64,000 nt of DNA from an uncultured archaeon (GCA_963782915.1 CAWALK010000025.1:64001-128000); one strand, 5' to 3'. Numbered from the stretch's first letter, positions 53,715 through 63,981 are shown. Notes: a model not told the origin generated them from the letters alone. Program-made: numbers and translations.

Positions 53715-55389
53715 ATGTGTGGAATCGTAGGAATAACAAACATCACAGAGCCAATTCCCCAGGCAAGAAGCAAAGCCCTGAAAATGGCTACCAAACTACG
53801 GCATCGCGGACCCGACTGGAGCGGCATATTCAGCGACGAGAAAGCAATCCTTGCCCATGAGCGGCTCTCAATCGTCGACGTGGAACATGGCGCACAACCA
53901 TTGTTTGATAAGCAAAACGGCAACGTCTTGGCCGTTAACGGTGAAATCTATAACCATATTGCCCTTCGCAGCCAACTGAGAAAAGAGCATCTGTGGCAGA
54001 CAAAATCTGACTGCGAAGTAATCCTCTACCTCTACGACGAATACGGCCCAGAATTCCTAAACATGCTAAACGGCATGTTCGCATTCATACTCTACGACAA
54101 AAGCAGAGGCGTATTCTTCGTTGCCAGAGACCACATAGGCATCATACCACTCTACATCGGTTGGGATGACAACGGAACCTTCTATGTAGCCAGCGAAATG
54201 AAAGCCCTAAACGATTACTGCACAACCGTCAAAGAGTTCCCGCCTGGGCATTACCTGATGGGTACCGGCGGGGAAGACTTTGTTAAATGGTACAAACCCC
54301 AATGGGCTGAGACGATACCGACAAAAAAGCTTGACCTCTCAGAGTTGCGGGATGCCTTGGAGAAATCCGTGAAAGGCCAAATGATGTCCGATGTGCCCTA
54401 TGGCGTTCTAATCTCAGGCGGCTTAGACTCGTCGCTCATAGCGGCTATTGCTTCAAAGTACCGCAAGAAACGGGTTGAATCAGGCGACCAAGAAGAAGCA
54501 TGGTGGCCAAGGCTGCACTCATTCTCAGTGGGCTTAGCAGATTCCCCTGACATGAAATATGCAAGGAAAGTCGCCCAATACATCGGAACCGTACACCACG
54601 AAATCGTCTTCACAATCCAGGAAGGCTTCGATGCCATACGAGACGTAATCTATCATTTAGAAACCTTCGATGTAACAACCATCCGAGCTGCAACACCGAT
54701 GTATCTTATGGCCCGAAAAATCAAATCCATGGGCATAAAAATGGTCCTATCCGGCGAAGGCGCAGACGAAGTCTTCGGAGGTTACCTCTACTTCCACAAA
54801 GCCCCCAACAAACAGGAATTCTACGAAGAAACAGTCCGCAAACTCCAGATGCTAAGCAAATACGATTGCCTGCGTGCCAACAAAGCTACTGCCGCTTGGG
54901 GCGTTGAAACCCGAGTGCCCTTTTTGGATAAGGAGTTTCTGGATTTTGCTATGAGCTTTGACCCTGAAGAAAAAATGTGCTGCGACAAAATCGAGAAGTA
55001 TGTACTACGAAAAGCCTTTGAGGGCTATATTCCTGAGGAGATACTGTGGCGCCAAAAAGAGCAGTTCAGCGACGGCGTCGGCTACGGCTGGATAGACTAC
55101 CTCAAAGCTCATGCCGAGGGCTGCAGTGACTGATGAAATGATGGCGAGAGCAAAAACCCGTTTCCCCATACAGACACCGAACTCTAAAGAAGAATATTAT
55201 TACCGCCAAATCTTCGACAGCTATTTCACTTGCCCAACAGCGGCGTTAACGGTGCCAGTGGGGCCGACGATTGCATGTTCGACTCCGACGGCGTTTAGGT
55301 GGAGCAAGGAATTCGCCAAACATGCGGACCCTTCGGGACGCTCGATTAAGGCGCATGAGCACACGGTAGACAAGGTAGCGTCGAAATAG
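53715..55389 (+). CDS. asnB: Asparagine synthase B, glutamine-hydrolysing (frameshift near 55120)
   Basis: MCGI N-terminus, HRGPDWSG, NGEIYNH, SGGLDSS, SGEGADE, WRQKEQFSDGVG; tail in ORF 55111-55389. Confidence 0.93.
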
Positions 55390-55431
55390 CTTTTATCTTT
55401 TTTCTTTTTTTATTACCTGTTTGGAGCTTTT

Positions 55432-55682
55432 TTAGGGCCCTGAAAATATATCAGAATACCCTTCGAGGAATCCGAATGCGATTCCAAGAATATACGCAGC
55501 AAACAAAAATAGCACACCAAAAATCGCAAGACCAGGACCACTGCCTTCGCCAAATCCGTAAATTGAAAATATGACGCCAAGAACAAGTAAAATCGCACCG
55601 ACAACGGCAAAACCCACAACCAAAAAAGGTTTAAGCGAACGGTATTAACATTGGGTTTCCCAAAAAATGTATCTTCGGGCAT
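55432..55682 (-). CDS. Small two-TM membrane protein (probable frameshift near 55625)
   Basis: Two hydrophobic helices in ORF 55432-55623; likely ATG at 55682. Confidence 0.45.
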
Positions 55683-55753
55683 TATTGTTTCTGCAGCACT
55701 ATAAGTATTTAGCATTTGCTAAACATGCAATATTTACAATGGATTATCGCACA

Positions 55754-55801
55754 TTCGACCCCTAAATCTCCTTTTCCCCTGTAGTAGATAATAGGTGACT
55801 T
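55754..55801 (+). repeat. Dispersed repeat R2, copy 3
   Basis: TTCGACCCCTAAATCTCCTTTTCCCCTGTAGTAGATAATAGGTGACTT. Confidence 0.8.
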
Positions 55802-55824
55802 GAGGTCGATTTAGTCAAGAAACT

Positions 55825-55868
55825 TTAACTTGTGTTAGTCAAGAGATGTGTACAAGAAACCTTTTATT
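55825..55868 (+). promoter_or_regulatory. Palindrome-BRE-TATA promoter, copy 3
   Basis: TTAACTTGTGTTAGTCAA-N8-TACAAGAAACCTTTTATT. Confidence 0.65.
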
Positions 55869-55899
55869 TGTAACATTTAAGCAAGAGTATGATGGAACG

Positions 55900-56994
55900 A
55901 TGAAAAGAAAAACTATTTCATTGGCGCTAATCGCGTTGCTTTCCTTCTGGACTTTAGCGTCTTTAACGCTTGATTGCCTAAGTACAGCTAATCCCTATAT
56001 CCAATCGTTACCTCAAGCGCTCGCAACGGAACACGCCTACATAAGGGCTAATGGCACAATAGAACCCTCTACTCTACCTATTCAGCGGGAAGGTAACTTC
56101 TACAAGTTAACTGATAACATCCTAAACTACACTTTTGATGTACAACGGGACAACATAGTGATTGATGGAAACAACTTTACCTTATCACTGCCTTCCTACG
56201 GAGAAATAGACGGTAACCATAATGTAAAAATTCCTTCAGCGATCTTCTCAATCTTCAACGGAACTAACATAGTTCTAGTAAATCTTAATCTATCAATGTA
56301 TTCCTATGCAGTCGAAATCCAGAACTCCTCAAACATCTTAATCCTTCGAAACAATATCATAAACGGCAACAATGGCATTTACATGCAAAACAGCGCCAAC
56401 TGTAGCATAGTAGCCAATCAAATAATCAACAATCCCCTTCACGCATTATTCATTCGAGATTGCTTATCATTCAACGTTTCCTATAATACAATCTCTGGCA
56501 GCAAAGACGCTGGAATAATGGTCGACCGAGTGTTTCAACCAGTGGATGATTCTCAAGTCTCCGTCTTTGTAAGAAACACTTTCTCTGATTACCCCGCCGA
56601 TATTTTCTTTAAAGGTCAACATACGAACAATTTAATCTTTGAAAATAACTTCTTTGGCGGCGGCATCAACTTCTGTGGGGTTGATTGTACAGGCAATTCA
56701 GTACATGATAATTACTGGAAAGACAACCAAACCAAAATATTGAACTATACCAGTCACGAACAAGACCCTTCGCCACTTGCAAACCCAATTTCAACCGAGT
56801 TCAACGGTTCACTTTTCAACTTACCCTCTTCTGTGCAGTCTCCTATACCCACTTCAACCGCTGATCCATCTGGTGTATACTTTTTGGTTGTTGGAACCTT
56901 CCTTGTTATTGTGGTAACTTTAATCCCGATTCTGTTTTATAGAGGAAAACCCCAAGCATTAAACGAGTTTAAGTTTGAGACGAATATTTTATAG
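55900..56994 (+). CDS. NosD-like beta-helix surface protein
   Basis: Signal peptide, YIRANGTIEP..PIQREGN, DNIVIDGN, PbH repeats, C-terminal TM. Confidence 0.8.
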   Translation: MKRKTISLALIALLSFWTLASLTLDCLSTANPYIQSLPQALATEHAYIRANGTIEPSTLPIQREGNFYKLTDNILNYTFDVQRDNIVIDGNNFTLSLPSYGEIDGNHNVKIPSAIFSIFNGTNIVLVNLNLSMYSYAVEIQNSSNILILRNNIINGNNGIYMQNSANCSIVANQIINNPLHALFIRDCLSFNVSYNTISGSKDAGIMVDRVFQPVDDSQVSVFVRNTFSDYPADIFFKGQHTNNLIFENNFFGGGINFCGVDCTGNSVHDNYWKDNQTKILNYTSHEQDPSPLANPISTEFNGSLFNLPSSVQSPIPTSTADPSGVYFLVVGTFLVIVVTLIPILFYRGKPQALNEFKFETNIL

Positions 56995-57382
56995 TTAACA
57001 GCGGCTTCCATTCTTCCTCTTTAACGGTTTTCTTTAAGCGAGCTATATTTTCCTCTATTTTTGCTATAATTTCTCTTCTTAGCGCTTCATCCGAAAAATA
57101 GGGTTTGATTAACCCTATGTCTTCTGCTAATTCAGAATCGCACAATAATGTTCTCATCCATCTCTGAAAGTCTCCGCGCTCAAAATGGAACCTGACGGAG
57201 CCAAGGTTGATTGAGCCCATTTTTTCGGCAAGGTCTTGGAGGCTCACCGCCGTCACTCCAGTGTAGTCTCCGATTGCTGTGTAAAAATGAAAGCCGCAAT
57301 CATAGTTAACTGTGCTTAGTGCTCGGCGTGCTTTGGCAACTTCGGTTGATTGCGGTTTTTCCACTGAGGCACTTTGGGTCAT
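56969..57382 (-). CDS. DUF5752-like protein
   Basis: FHFYTAIGDYTG..A.SL, SVRFHFERGDFQRW. Confidence 0.7.
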   Translation of the reverse strand: MTQSASVEKPQSTEVAKARRALSTVNYDCGFHFYTAIGDYTGVTAVSLQDLAEKMGSINLGSVRFHFERGDFQRWMRTLLCDSELAEDIGLIKPYFSDEALRREIIAKIEENIARLKKTVKEEEWKPLLTIKYSSQT

Positions 57383-57479
57383 AATTAACACTCGATAAAA
57401 TCTTCGTTACTATCTCTATATCCCTTTGTGATTACAGCAGACTGTTACAGAATTAGTTGTGTGCATTAATAGGCGTCCC

Positions 57480-57526
57480 TCGACCCCTAAATTCCCTTTT
57501 CCCTACCTAGAGAACACAGGGGACTT
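57480..57526 (+). repeat. Dispersed repeat R2, copy 4
   Basis: TCGACCCCTAAATTCCCTTTTCCCTACCTAGAGAACACAGGGGACTT. Confidence 0.85.
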
Positions 57527-57889
57527 ACAGAGCCCATAGAACACGTTTGGCACCTTCCTCGCACCTAAGGGTTTTGTTTTTGCACCACATACCAACAGAC
57601 CACCCTCACTTCGCGCGCGTTGTCATCCCTCATGCTCCTCAGGAAAACCAGGGAAAGAAAAGGGTCAGTTGACACTCAAACATACATTGACAGTTTTCGA
57701 AAATGCAAAATACAGGATAACAGATAAAAAATGCTTAGAAAGCGCTAAAGGATTGTTAGTTAACAGTTGATACAAGCTTTATAATGTTGAATGCTATTCA
57801 ATTATTCAGGTAGTAAATTTAATTTTTGCCCCACATATGTGTAAATTTTTTTTATTCTCAGGATTCCCATAGGGGGTGAACAAGGAAAA

Positions 57890-58417
57890 ATGGTAAAACC
57901 TGTTTATGTATATTCAAATCACGTGACTTTTCCCGCAATATGCCCTAATTGCTTAGAAGGAACTGATTTAACAACTTACAAGCAAAGGGAAGAGAAACAC
58001 AAGAGAGGTTCAAAGACTGCCCGTATAGTCGATGAGATTCCCATATGTAAAGCCTGCAAAAGAAAGTTGATGAATTCAGAGAGGAAGAAAAATGCATCAG
58101 CTTTTTTGATATTTGCACCGATATTCTGGGGGTTGTTGTATATTATTGTCGGCGTTCCCGCTATCTCAAATCCCGTTTGGAATACAGTCTTGACGGCAGG
58201 TTCACAAGGCTATAGTATTTGGTTATTGCTTCTGGTATTTGTTCTATTATTTTTAGCAGCGTTGCCTTTACTCCTTCTCTGGTACACTATAGAACCGTCT
58301 AAGCAAGTTAGTTGGCCAGTAAAACTTGAAGGCACCCATACTCTTTATTTCGTCAACGAAACCTACGCTGATTTATTTAAGACTGCAAATAATGCGCAAG
58401 TTAACATAGTACGCTAA
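57890..58417 (+). CDS. Hypothetical membrane protein with two CxxC motifs
   Basis: CPNC...CKAC and two TM helices; GGGGTGA SD-like motif. Confidence 0.7.
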   Translation: MVKPVYVYSNHVTFPAICPNCLEGTDLTTYKQREEKHKRGSKTARIVDEIPICKACKRKLMNSERKKNASAFLIFAPIFWGLLYIIVGVPAISNPVWNTVLTAGSQGYSIWLLLLVFVLLFLAALPLLLLWYTIEPSKQVSWPVKLEGTHTLYFVNETYADLFKTANNAQVNIVR

Positions 58418-58554
58418 TGTAGGTAGGCAATATATCGCACCCTTTTCTTACCCAAAGCTCTGTTTTTTGCAGAGTAGTCCGAACAAAGGTCAATAGTTCA
58501 CAAAAAATTTATTTAAAAAAGAATAATTTTCGTATAATTATGTGAGGTGAACAA

Positions 58555-58923
58555 TTGAAGAAAGCAGTAGGTGAAATATTGGTCAAAGGCCTTTCAGTAG
58601 ATGTTTCAAAAAATATACAAAATTGCATGTGGTCACATAAGATGGGACACGTTTGTGTCGAAGAAATCACAGACTCGCAAAATAAAATAAGGCTTACTGG
58701 ACAACATGGAATAAGCATGTCCTCATATGGCGAAAACCTCACAGTTGAAATAACTGAAATTGGAGACGGGTATAGTGCAGTTCAATGTGAGTCTAAATCA
58801 ATTATCCTGACCACATTATTTGATTATGGACAAAACAAGAAGAATGTTGAAGTCATATTTCATGAGCTAAATAAGGAATTCAAAGACATCTCGCACATGC
58901 AAGTTGAAGAAAGTCGATTTTGA
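58555..58923 (+). CDS. Hypothetical protein
   Basis: GAGGTGA SD then TTG; SYGENLTVEI, DYGQNKKNV. Confidence 0.65.
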   Translation: MKKAVGEILVKGLSVDVSKNIQNCMWSHKMGHVCVEEITDSQNKIRLTGQHGISMSSYGENLTVEITEIGDGYSAVQCESKSIILTTLFDYGQNKKNVEVIFHELNKEFKDISHMQVEESRF

Positions 58924-59099
58924 GTCTTGTTAATAGCTGATTCAGTTTCTTTGTTAGCTTTTGATTATTTCTTTCTAGCTATTCTTTTGCTATGTTGCTT
59001 ATAACAACTGATAAGATTCAATGCTAAAAAGGGCAGACTCTAAAAGCTTATGACTAGCCTGTGACAATAGAAATTAGGGATAAATGTCTCCGAAAAATT

Positions 59100-59135
59100 A
59101 CTTTGCCCTAAGGCTGGGAAGGCGACATCATCCCT
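59100..59135 (+). repeat. Dispersed repeat R5, copy 2
   Basis: ACTTTGCCCTAAGGCTGGGAAGGCGACATCATCCCT. Confidence 0.88.
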
Positions 59136-59332
59136 CGACAAATAAGCAGTCGCCAAAAAAACACTGGTTACAACAAATTATTCGGAACTCTATCAGTCGC
59201 TTAACGTTATTTCAACTATTTTCGTTGCTACCGCGGAACCTTTACTCAAATAACACTTATGGGTAGGGGTTGCTTGTTAGTTTTGCTGGGTGATTTGGGC
59301 TGCTGGATGGTGAGGAGTATCGGGCTAAGCTT

Positions 59333-59818
59333 GTGAGGGAGGCGCTCAAAAGAGCCAGCCACGACGAGAAACAGAAGTACATCCAGATTTTGCAGCGGAA
59401 ATCGGAAATTTCGCAGAGGCTGCAGGAGATTTGTGCAGCGCAGGAAGCGCTAAATGAAGAGGATAAGCTGAATGTTTTTCCAGAAAAGCCCAGCAGCAGT
59501 CGTGCACCTGATAAGGGCCCAAATAGAACGTTGGGTCGGTCAAGTCGGGATCCGCTGGCTCGCGGTCGGCAAGAAACCGCGGATTATGTTGCCAAACGCA
59601 AACAGTACACTGATGCGCTTGCAGTCTACCGCACCAAAAACTCTGCTATTCTCTCTGAGCGAATGAAATTGATGCAGGAATTCTTGGAGTTAAAGGCGGA
59701 GTCGGATGCGCTTGGGGAGGCGGAGAAGTGGCTGCTGCTTTCAATGGCGATAAGAAACCAGTCGAGCCTTTTGGGTTTTATGCAAGTCAGTGAAGTCAGT
59801 GATGAAAAAACAGAGTAA
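59333..59818 (+). CDS. Hypothetical helical protein; start uncertain
   Basis: 161-codon ORF, charged helical composition. Confidence 0.5.
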   Translation: MREALKRASHDEKQKYIQILQRKSEISQRLQEICAAQEALNEEDKLNVFPEKPSSSRAPDKGPNRTLGRSSRDPLARGRQETADYVAKRKQYTDALAVYRTKNSAILSERMKLMQEFLELKAESDALGEAEKWLLLSMAIRNQSSLLGFMQVSEVSDEKTE

Positions 59819-59953
59819 AAAACGATCTGCTCTGAAAATAGGTAGTGTTTCCTATCTAATTGGGTCCTATTATTCAATGTAGGCAGAAAACCCTAGTTGA
59901 GGAGATAAGGGGCTAATGGCTAAACCGCTTTTAAACCATGTTGACTTTTTACG

Positions 59954-59996
59954 CTTTATATAAGGGAGGGGGTAGGTGCTCTGAGGTAGGTAGGTC
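59954..59996 (+). repeat. Repeat Q, copy 3 (proximal half only)
   Basis: CTTTATATAAGGGAGGGGGTAGGTGCTCTGAGGTAGGTAGGTC. Confidence 0.85.
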
Positions 59997-60082
59997 CTGT
60001 TAAGTCTGAAACTGTATCTGCTTGCGGGAAACGCTGCAACTAACCTGCAACCCAAACCAAACGCATTGCTCAATAAAGTCCG

Positions 60083-60125
60083 TTGGTTGTTGTAGTGTAT
60101 AGGGGATTTTCGCCAACAACAACTA
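60083..60125 (-). repeat. Intergenic repeat R4, copy 2
   Basis: Minus strand TAGTTGTTGTTGGCGAAAATCCCCTATACACTACAACAACCAA. Confidence 0.75.
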
Positions 60126-60231
60126 TAGAAAAGCAAAGTGGCACCAACAAATTTCAAGAATCGCATGTTTTCGAAACCACAGCCCTTTAATAGAAAGAAC
60201 CCCAACTCCCTAAACACAGGTTGATACCTAA

Positions 60232-60471
60232 ATGAAAGTCGGCGTCTGCGGAATCGCATGCGAAAAATGCCCCAAAATGCAACAAAACACATGCCCAAAC
60301 GGAACCGTCGGCTGCGTAGCACGCGAAAACAAGTTCTGCGCTATCTGCAACTGCGCCCACACCAAAGGCGTCAAACTCTGCTTTGAATGCCCCGAGTTTC
60401 CCTGCGAAACCACCAAGCAAGGCCCCATAAGCTACGGTTACTGCCAGTACCTTGCGGGTAAACAGCAATAG
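60232..60471 (+). CDS. DUF3795-like Cys-rich protein
   Basis: CGIACEKC...CAICNCA...CFECPEFPC. Confidence 0.75.
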   Translation: MKVGVCGIACEKCPKMQQNTCPNGTVGCVARENKFCAICNCAHTKGVKLCFECPEFPCETTKQGPISYGYCQYLAGKQQ

Positions 60472-60513
60472 TTACTTTTAAGTGGCTCAAGATAAATCTA
60501 GAATTGAAGACAA

Positions 60514-61441
60514 ATGAGTTCTAGAGAGGTTCTAATCGAAGCAGTAGGCTTGACCAAAAAATATGATGGCTTCACCGCAGTGGACCACATCGATTTCACT
60601 AGTGCATAAGGGGGAATGCGTCGGGTTTTTGGGTCCAAACGGCGCAGGCAAAACCACCACAGTGCGCATGATGTACTGTTTTCTGATACCAACCGAGGGC
60701 AAACTCACAGTTGCAGGCTTAGATGTGCATACGCAATGCCGCGAAATCAAAGCCTTAGTCGGCGTTGCACCCCAAGAGGACAATTTGGACCCAGACTTCA
60801 CAGTCCTCAAAAACCTGACAGTTTACGCACGATACTTTGATATCCCCGCAGAGGAAGCGCTCAAACGGGCAGAGGCGCAACTCAAGTTTTTCCAGCTGGA
60901 AGAGAAACGTGATGTACCCATAATGGCGCTGTCCACGGGCATGAAGCGCAGACTCATTTTTGCAAGGGCACTGCTTAATCAGCCCCAAGTGTTGCTCCTC
61001 GATGAACCCACAACCGGCTTAGATCCTCAGGCAAGGCATCTTGTGTGGGATGAAGTGCGGCACCTCAAAAAGCAGCAAGTCACCATCATCTTAACCACCC
61101 ATTACATGGATGAAGCCCAAATCCTCTGCGACCGCATCTTAATCGTTGACCACGGCAAAATCATTGAGCAAGGCACCCCAACAGAGCTAATCAAGAAGCA
61201 TGTGGGCAGCGAAGTTTTGGAATTGGATAACGACGAAGCCTTGATTCCGGTGCTTAAAAAAGCTTTTCCGGATGCCCGAATCGAGCGATTAGGCGACCGC
61301 ATGCAAATCTTCACCGACCAACCCCACGGCGTATTCGAACGCTTCCTTGGCGAACATAAACTCCAAAACGTCACCATCCGCAACGCCAACATCGAAGACG
61401 TTTTCCTAAAATTAACCGGGCGAGGACTGCGTGAAGAATGA
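60514..61441 (+). CDS. ABC transporter ATP-binding protein (NodI-like); frameshift near 60600
   Basis: GPNGAGKTT, LSTGMKRRL, LLDEPTTGLDP, TTHYM; true N-terminus MSSREVLIEAVGLTKKY in other frame. Confidence 0.92.
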
Positions 61442-62289
61442 CCCAACCCAACCTCCGCAAATCCCCCGCACCATTCTCAATCCCCAAATTATCCTATCGG
61501 GTATGGAAGGTTTGGCGACGAAACTTTGACGTCTTTCTAAAAACTATAAAAGTCAATTTTTTACCTTCACTGTTCGAACCCATACTCTACCTCGCAGCCT
61601 TCGGATTCGCATTAGGCGGCTTCATCCCCAACATCCAAGGGCAACCCTACATCAACTTCATGGCACCCGCATTAGTAGCGATTGCCATCATGAACGGCTC
61701 ATTTTTCGAATGCACATTCGCCTCGTTTGTACGCATGTACTTCCAAAAAACCTTCGACGCCATCGTCGCCACACCTGTGAGCGTTGAGGAAGTGGTAGCC
61801 GGCGAACTACTCTGGGGCGCAACCCGCTCAACAATCAACGCCACAATCGTATTAGCTGTTATTATCGGCGCCGGATTCTTCACAGCCACACCGCTGGTTA
61901 CTTCGCCGCTGTTTATTTTGGTGCCGCTGATTGCTTTTGTCGGAGGCTTACTGTTCTCCTCAATTGCCATGTGCTTCACAGCTGCCGCGCCAAACATAGA
62001 TTTCTTCAATTACCCATCCTTCCTCTTCGTCACGCCCATGCTGTTTCTGTGCGGAACATTCTTCCCCCTGACTTCTTTGCCCATGGCAGCTCAAGGTTTT
62101 GCCCTCATAGCTCTTCCCCTAACGCCCGTTGTAAACGTGACTCGTGGGGTAGTTAGCGGCAGCGTTGAACCCATTTTAGGTTTAGGCACTGAAGCGGTTG
62201 TGCTTATCAGCGTTGGGTTGTTGGCGCTGTTCACAGTTTCATTCTTTATCTTGAGCATTAATTTGATGAAGAAACGCTTAACAGGCTAA
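61438..62289 (+). CDS. ABC-2 type permease (NodJ-like)
   Basis: LFEPILYL, YINFMAP, PMLFLCGTFFP. Confidence 0.9.
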   Translation: MTQPNLRKSPAPFSIPKLSYRVWKVWRRNFDVFLKTIKVNFLPSLFEPILYLAAFGFALGGFIPNIQGQPYINFMAPALVAIAIMNGSFFECTFASFVRMYFQKTFDAIVATPVSVEEVVAGELLWGATRSTINATIVLAVIIGAGFFTATPLVTSPLFILVPLIAFVGGLLFSSIAMCFTAAAPNIDFFNYPSFLFVTPMLFLCGTFFPLTSLPMAAQGFALIALPLTPVVNVTRGVVSGSVEPILGLGTEAVVLISVGLLALFTVSFFILSINLMKKRLTG

Positions 62290-63213
62290 ACTGTGACGCC
62301 GTTGGCTTCAGCTGCTAAAAGGTAAAACGCGGCTAAGCCACTCCAACTTCCCCATGCCTCCGCGATTTTTCGGGCTTCAGCTGCTTTAATCGGTTTGCCA
62401 CCGCAGTAATAATGCGAGATGACCCTTCTTATGCCGAAGTCGTCGGCGGGTAACACGTCGAGGCGTTGCATGCCCCGAAAGATTGTGAGTTCCGCTGTCC
62501 AAACGCCGATTCCCTTGATTTCATCCAATTCCTCGATTATTGCTTGCAGGTCTGGGTTATGTTTCATTGCTTCCAAATCCAGTTTGCCCTCGACGATCAT
62601 TTTGGCTGCGCCGTAGATGTATTCGGCTTTGCGTTGGCTCAATCCGCAGCTGCGGATGTCGGCTATGCTTGCCTCTGTAAGGTTTTGCGGTGTTGGAAAC
62701 GCATAGTAGGTTGTGCCGTTGAGTTCAAGTTTATCGCCGAATTTTTTGGCTAAGCGTTCTTCGATGGTGCGGGCGACTTTTATGGAGATTTGCTGCTCAA
62801 CGATGGAATCCACGAGTGATTCGAAGGCAGTGGCGGTTGTTGGGTATTTGAATCCGCAGAGTTGGCGGGTTATTTTGTGCATGATGGGGTCGTTTTCCGC
62901 TTGTTTGTAGAAGCGGTTGAGGTCGAAGTTTAGGTTGAAGATGTACTCGATTGTTGCTTGGGCTGCTTTTTTCGTGTCTGGCTGTTATGGGTTGGTTTGA
63001 AGCTAATTCAATACGCAGTTTAGGCTGCTCTACCGTTCCCTCCGAAGCTACCTTTACCAAAACAAGGTTACCTTCGACTCTGAGCACCTGACTAAACATG
63101 CCATCCGCAAATGTCCGAACCTGCCTGTCAAGCCCCAAAAAAATCTGCGCAGACAAACCCAAACTAAACGGCGCTGACGGTTCAACAGCAAAGGATTCAG
63201 TGAAAGCCATCAT
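62286..63213 (-). CDS. alkA: DNA-3-methyladenine glycosylase, AlkA/HhH-GPD family (frameshift near 62975)
   Basis: FESLVDSIVEQQIS, FPTP, IKGIGVWTA, LPADDFGI. Confidence 0.85.
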
Positions 63214-63306
63214 ATTTCGCCCCAAAGAATACCCTAAACTGCCGCTTGAAGGGTTTAAAGATTTTTAACCCCAAAAACACATAACAAGCCACACAGAGGA
63301 AAAAGC

Positions 63307-63981
63307 ATGCGCATCGTAGTAAGAATCGGCGGAAGCGTCGTAGCCAACCCAATCAACACCGACTTAATGGGCAAATACGCAGACATCATCAAACAAATCA
63401 AAGCAGAAGGACACGAAGTGGCGGTGGTTTTGGGCGGAGGCGCATTGGCGCGGCAGTTTATTGGTTTAGCCAAGGAGCTTGGTTTGGATATGAATGCGCA
63501 GGATGAAGTAGCCATTTCCTGTTCACGTTTGTTTGCTCAGCTTTTCCTCAAACGCTTGGGCGATGTCGGCTGCGGTAAAGTGGCGGTGTCGCTTGAAGAA
63601 GCCGAAGCTTGCATTGGCGAGGGCAAAATCGCTGTTATGGGCGGGTTGCGTCCTGGAATCACAACCGACACAGTCGCCACCTTGTTAGCTGAAAAGATCC
63701 ACGCAGAGTTGCTGCTTAAGGGCAGCGACCAAAACGGCGTCTACAACAAAGACCCAAGAAAATACCCTGACGCAGTCAAATTGGACAAACTATCTTTTGA
63801 TGAGTTAGCCAAAGTATTCGAGCACAACGAGCACAAAGCGGGAATTCACCAAATAATTGATCCAGAAGCTGTCAAAGTGCTAAAACGCAACCAAGTTAAA
63901 ACAGTTGTTGTCAGCGGGTTTGTACCTGAGAATATGTTGGCGGCGATTCGCGGAGAAAACGTGGGCACAGTCATAAGTTGA
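63307..63981 (+). CDS. pyrH: Uridylate kinase
   Basis: RIGGSV, GGGALAR, PGITTDTVA, GVYNKDP. Confidence 0.92.
   Translation: MRIVVRIGGSVVANPINTDLMGKYADIIKQIKAEGHEVAVVLGGGALARQFIGLAKELGLDMNAQDEVAISCSRLFAQLFLKRLGDVGCGKVAVSLEEAEACIGEGKIAVMGGLRPGITTDTVATLLAEKIHAELLLKGSDQNGVYNKDPRKYPDAVKLDKLSFDELAKVFEHNEHKAGIHQIIDPEAVKVLKRNQVKTVVVSGFVPENMLAAIRGENVGTVIS

Noticed and set aside
55754-55765. TTCGACCCC in R2 as a tRNA fragment or att site
   Set aside because: Only T-loop-like; no T-stem or acceptor stem and no tRNA gene recognised in the window
57480-57668. ~190-bp MITE formed by R2 copy 4 and AGGGAAAGAAAAGGGTCA at about 57650-57667
   Set aside because: Inverted match is short and gapped, has no target duplication, and is absent after the other R2 copies
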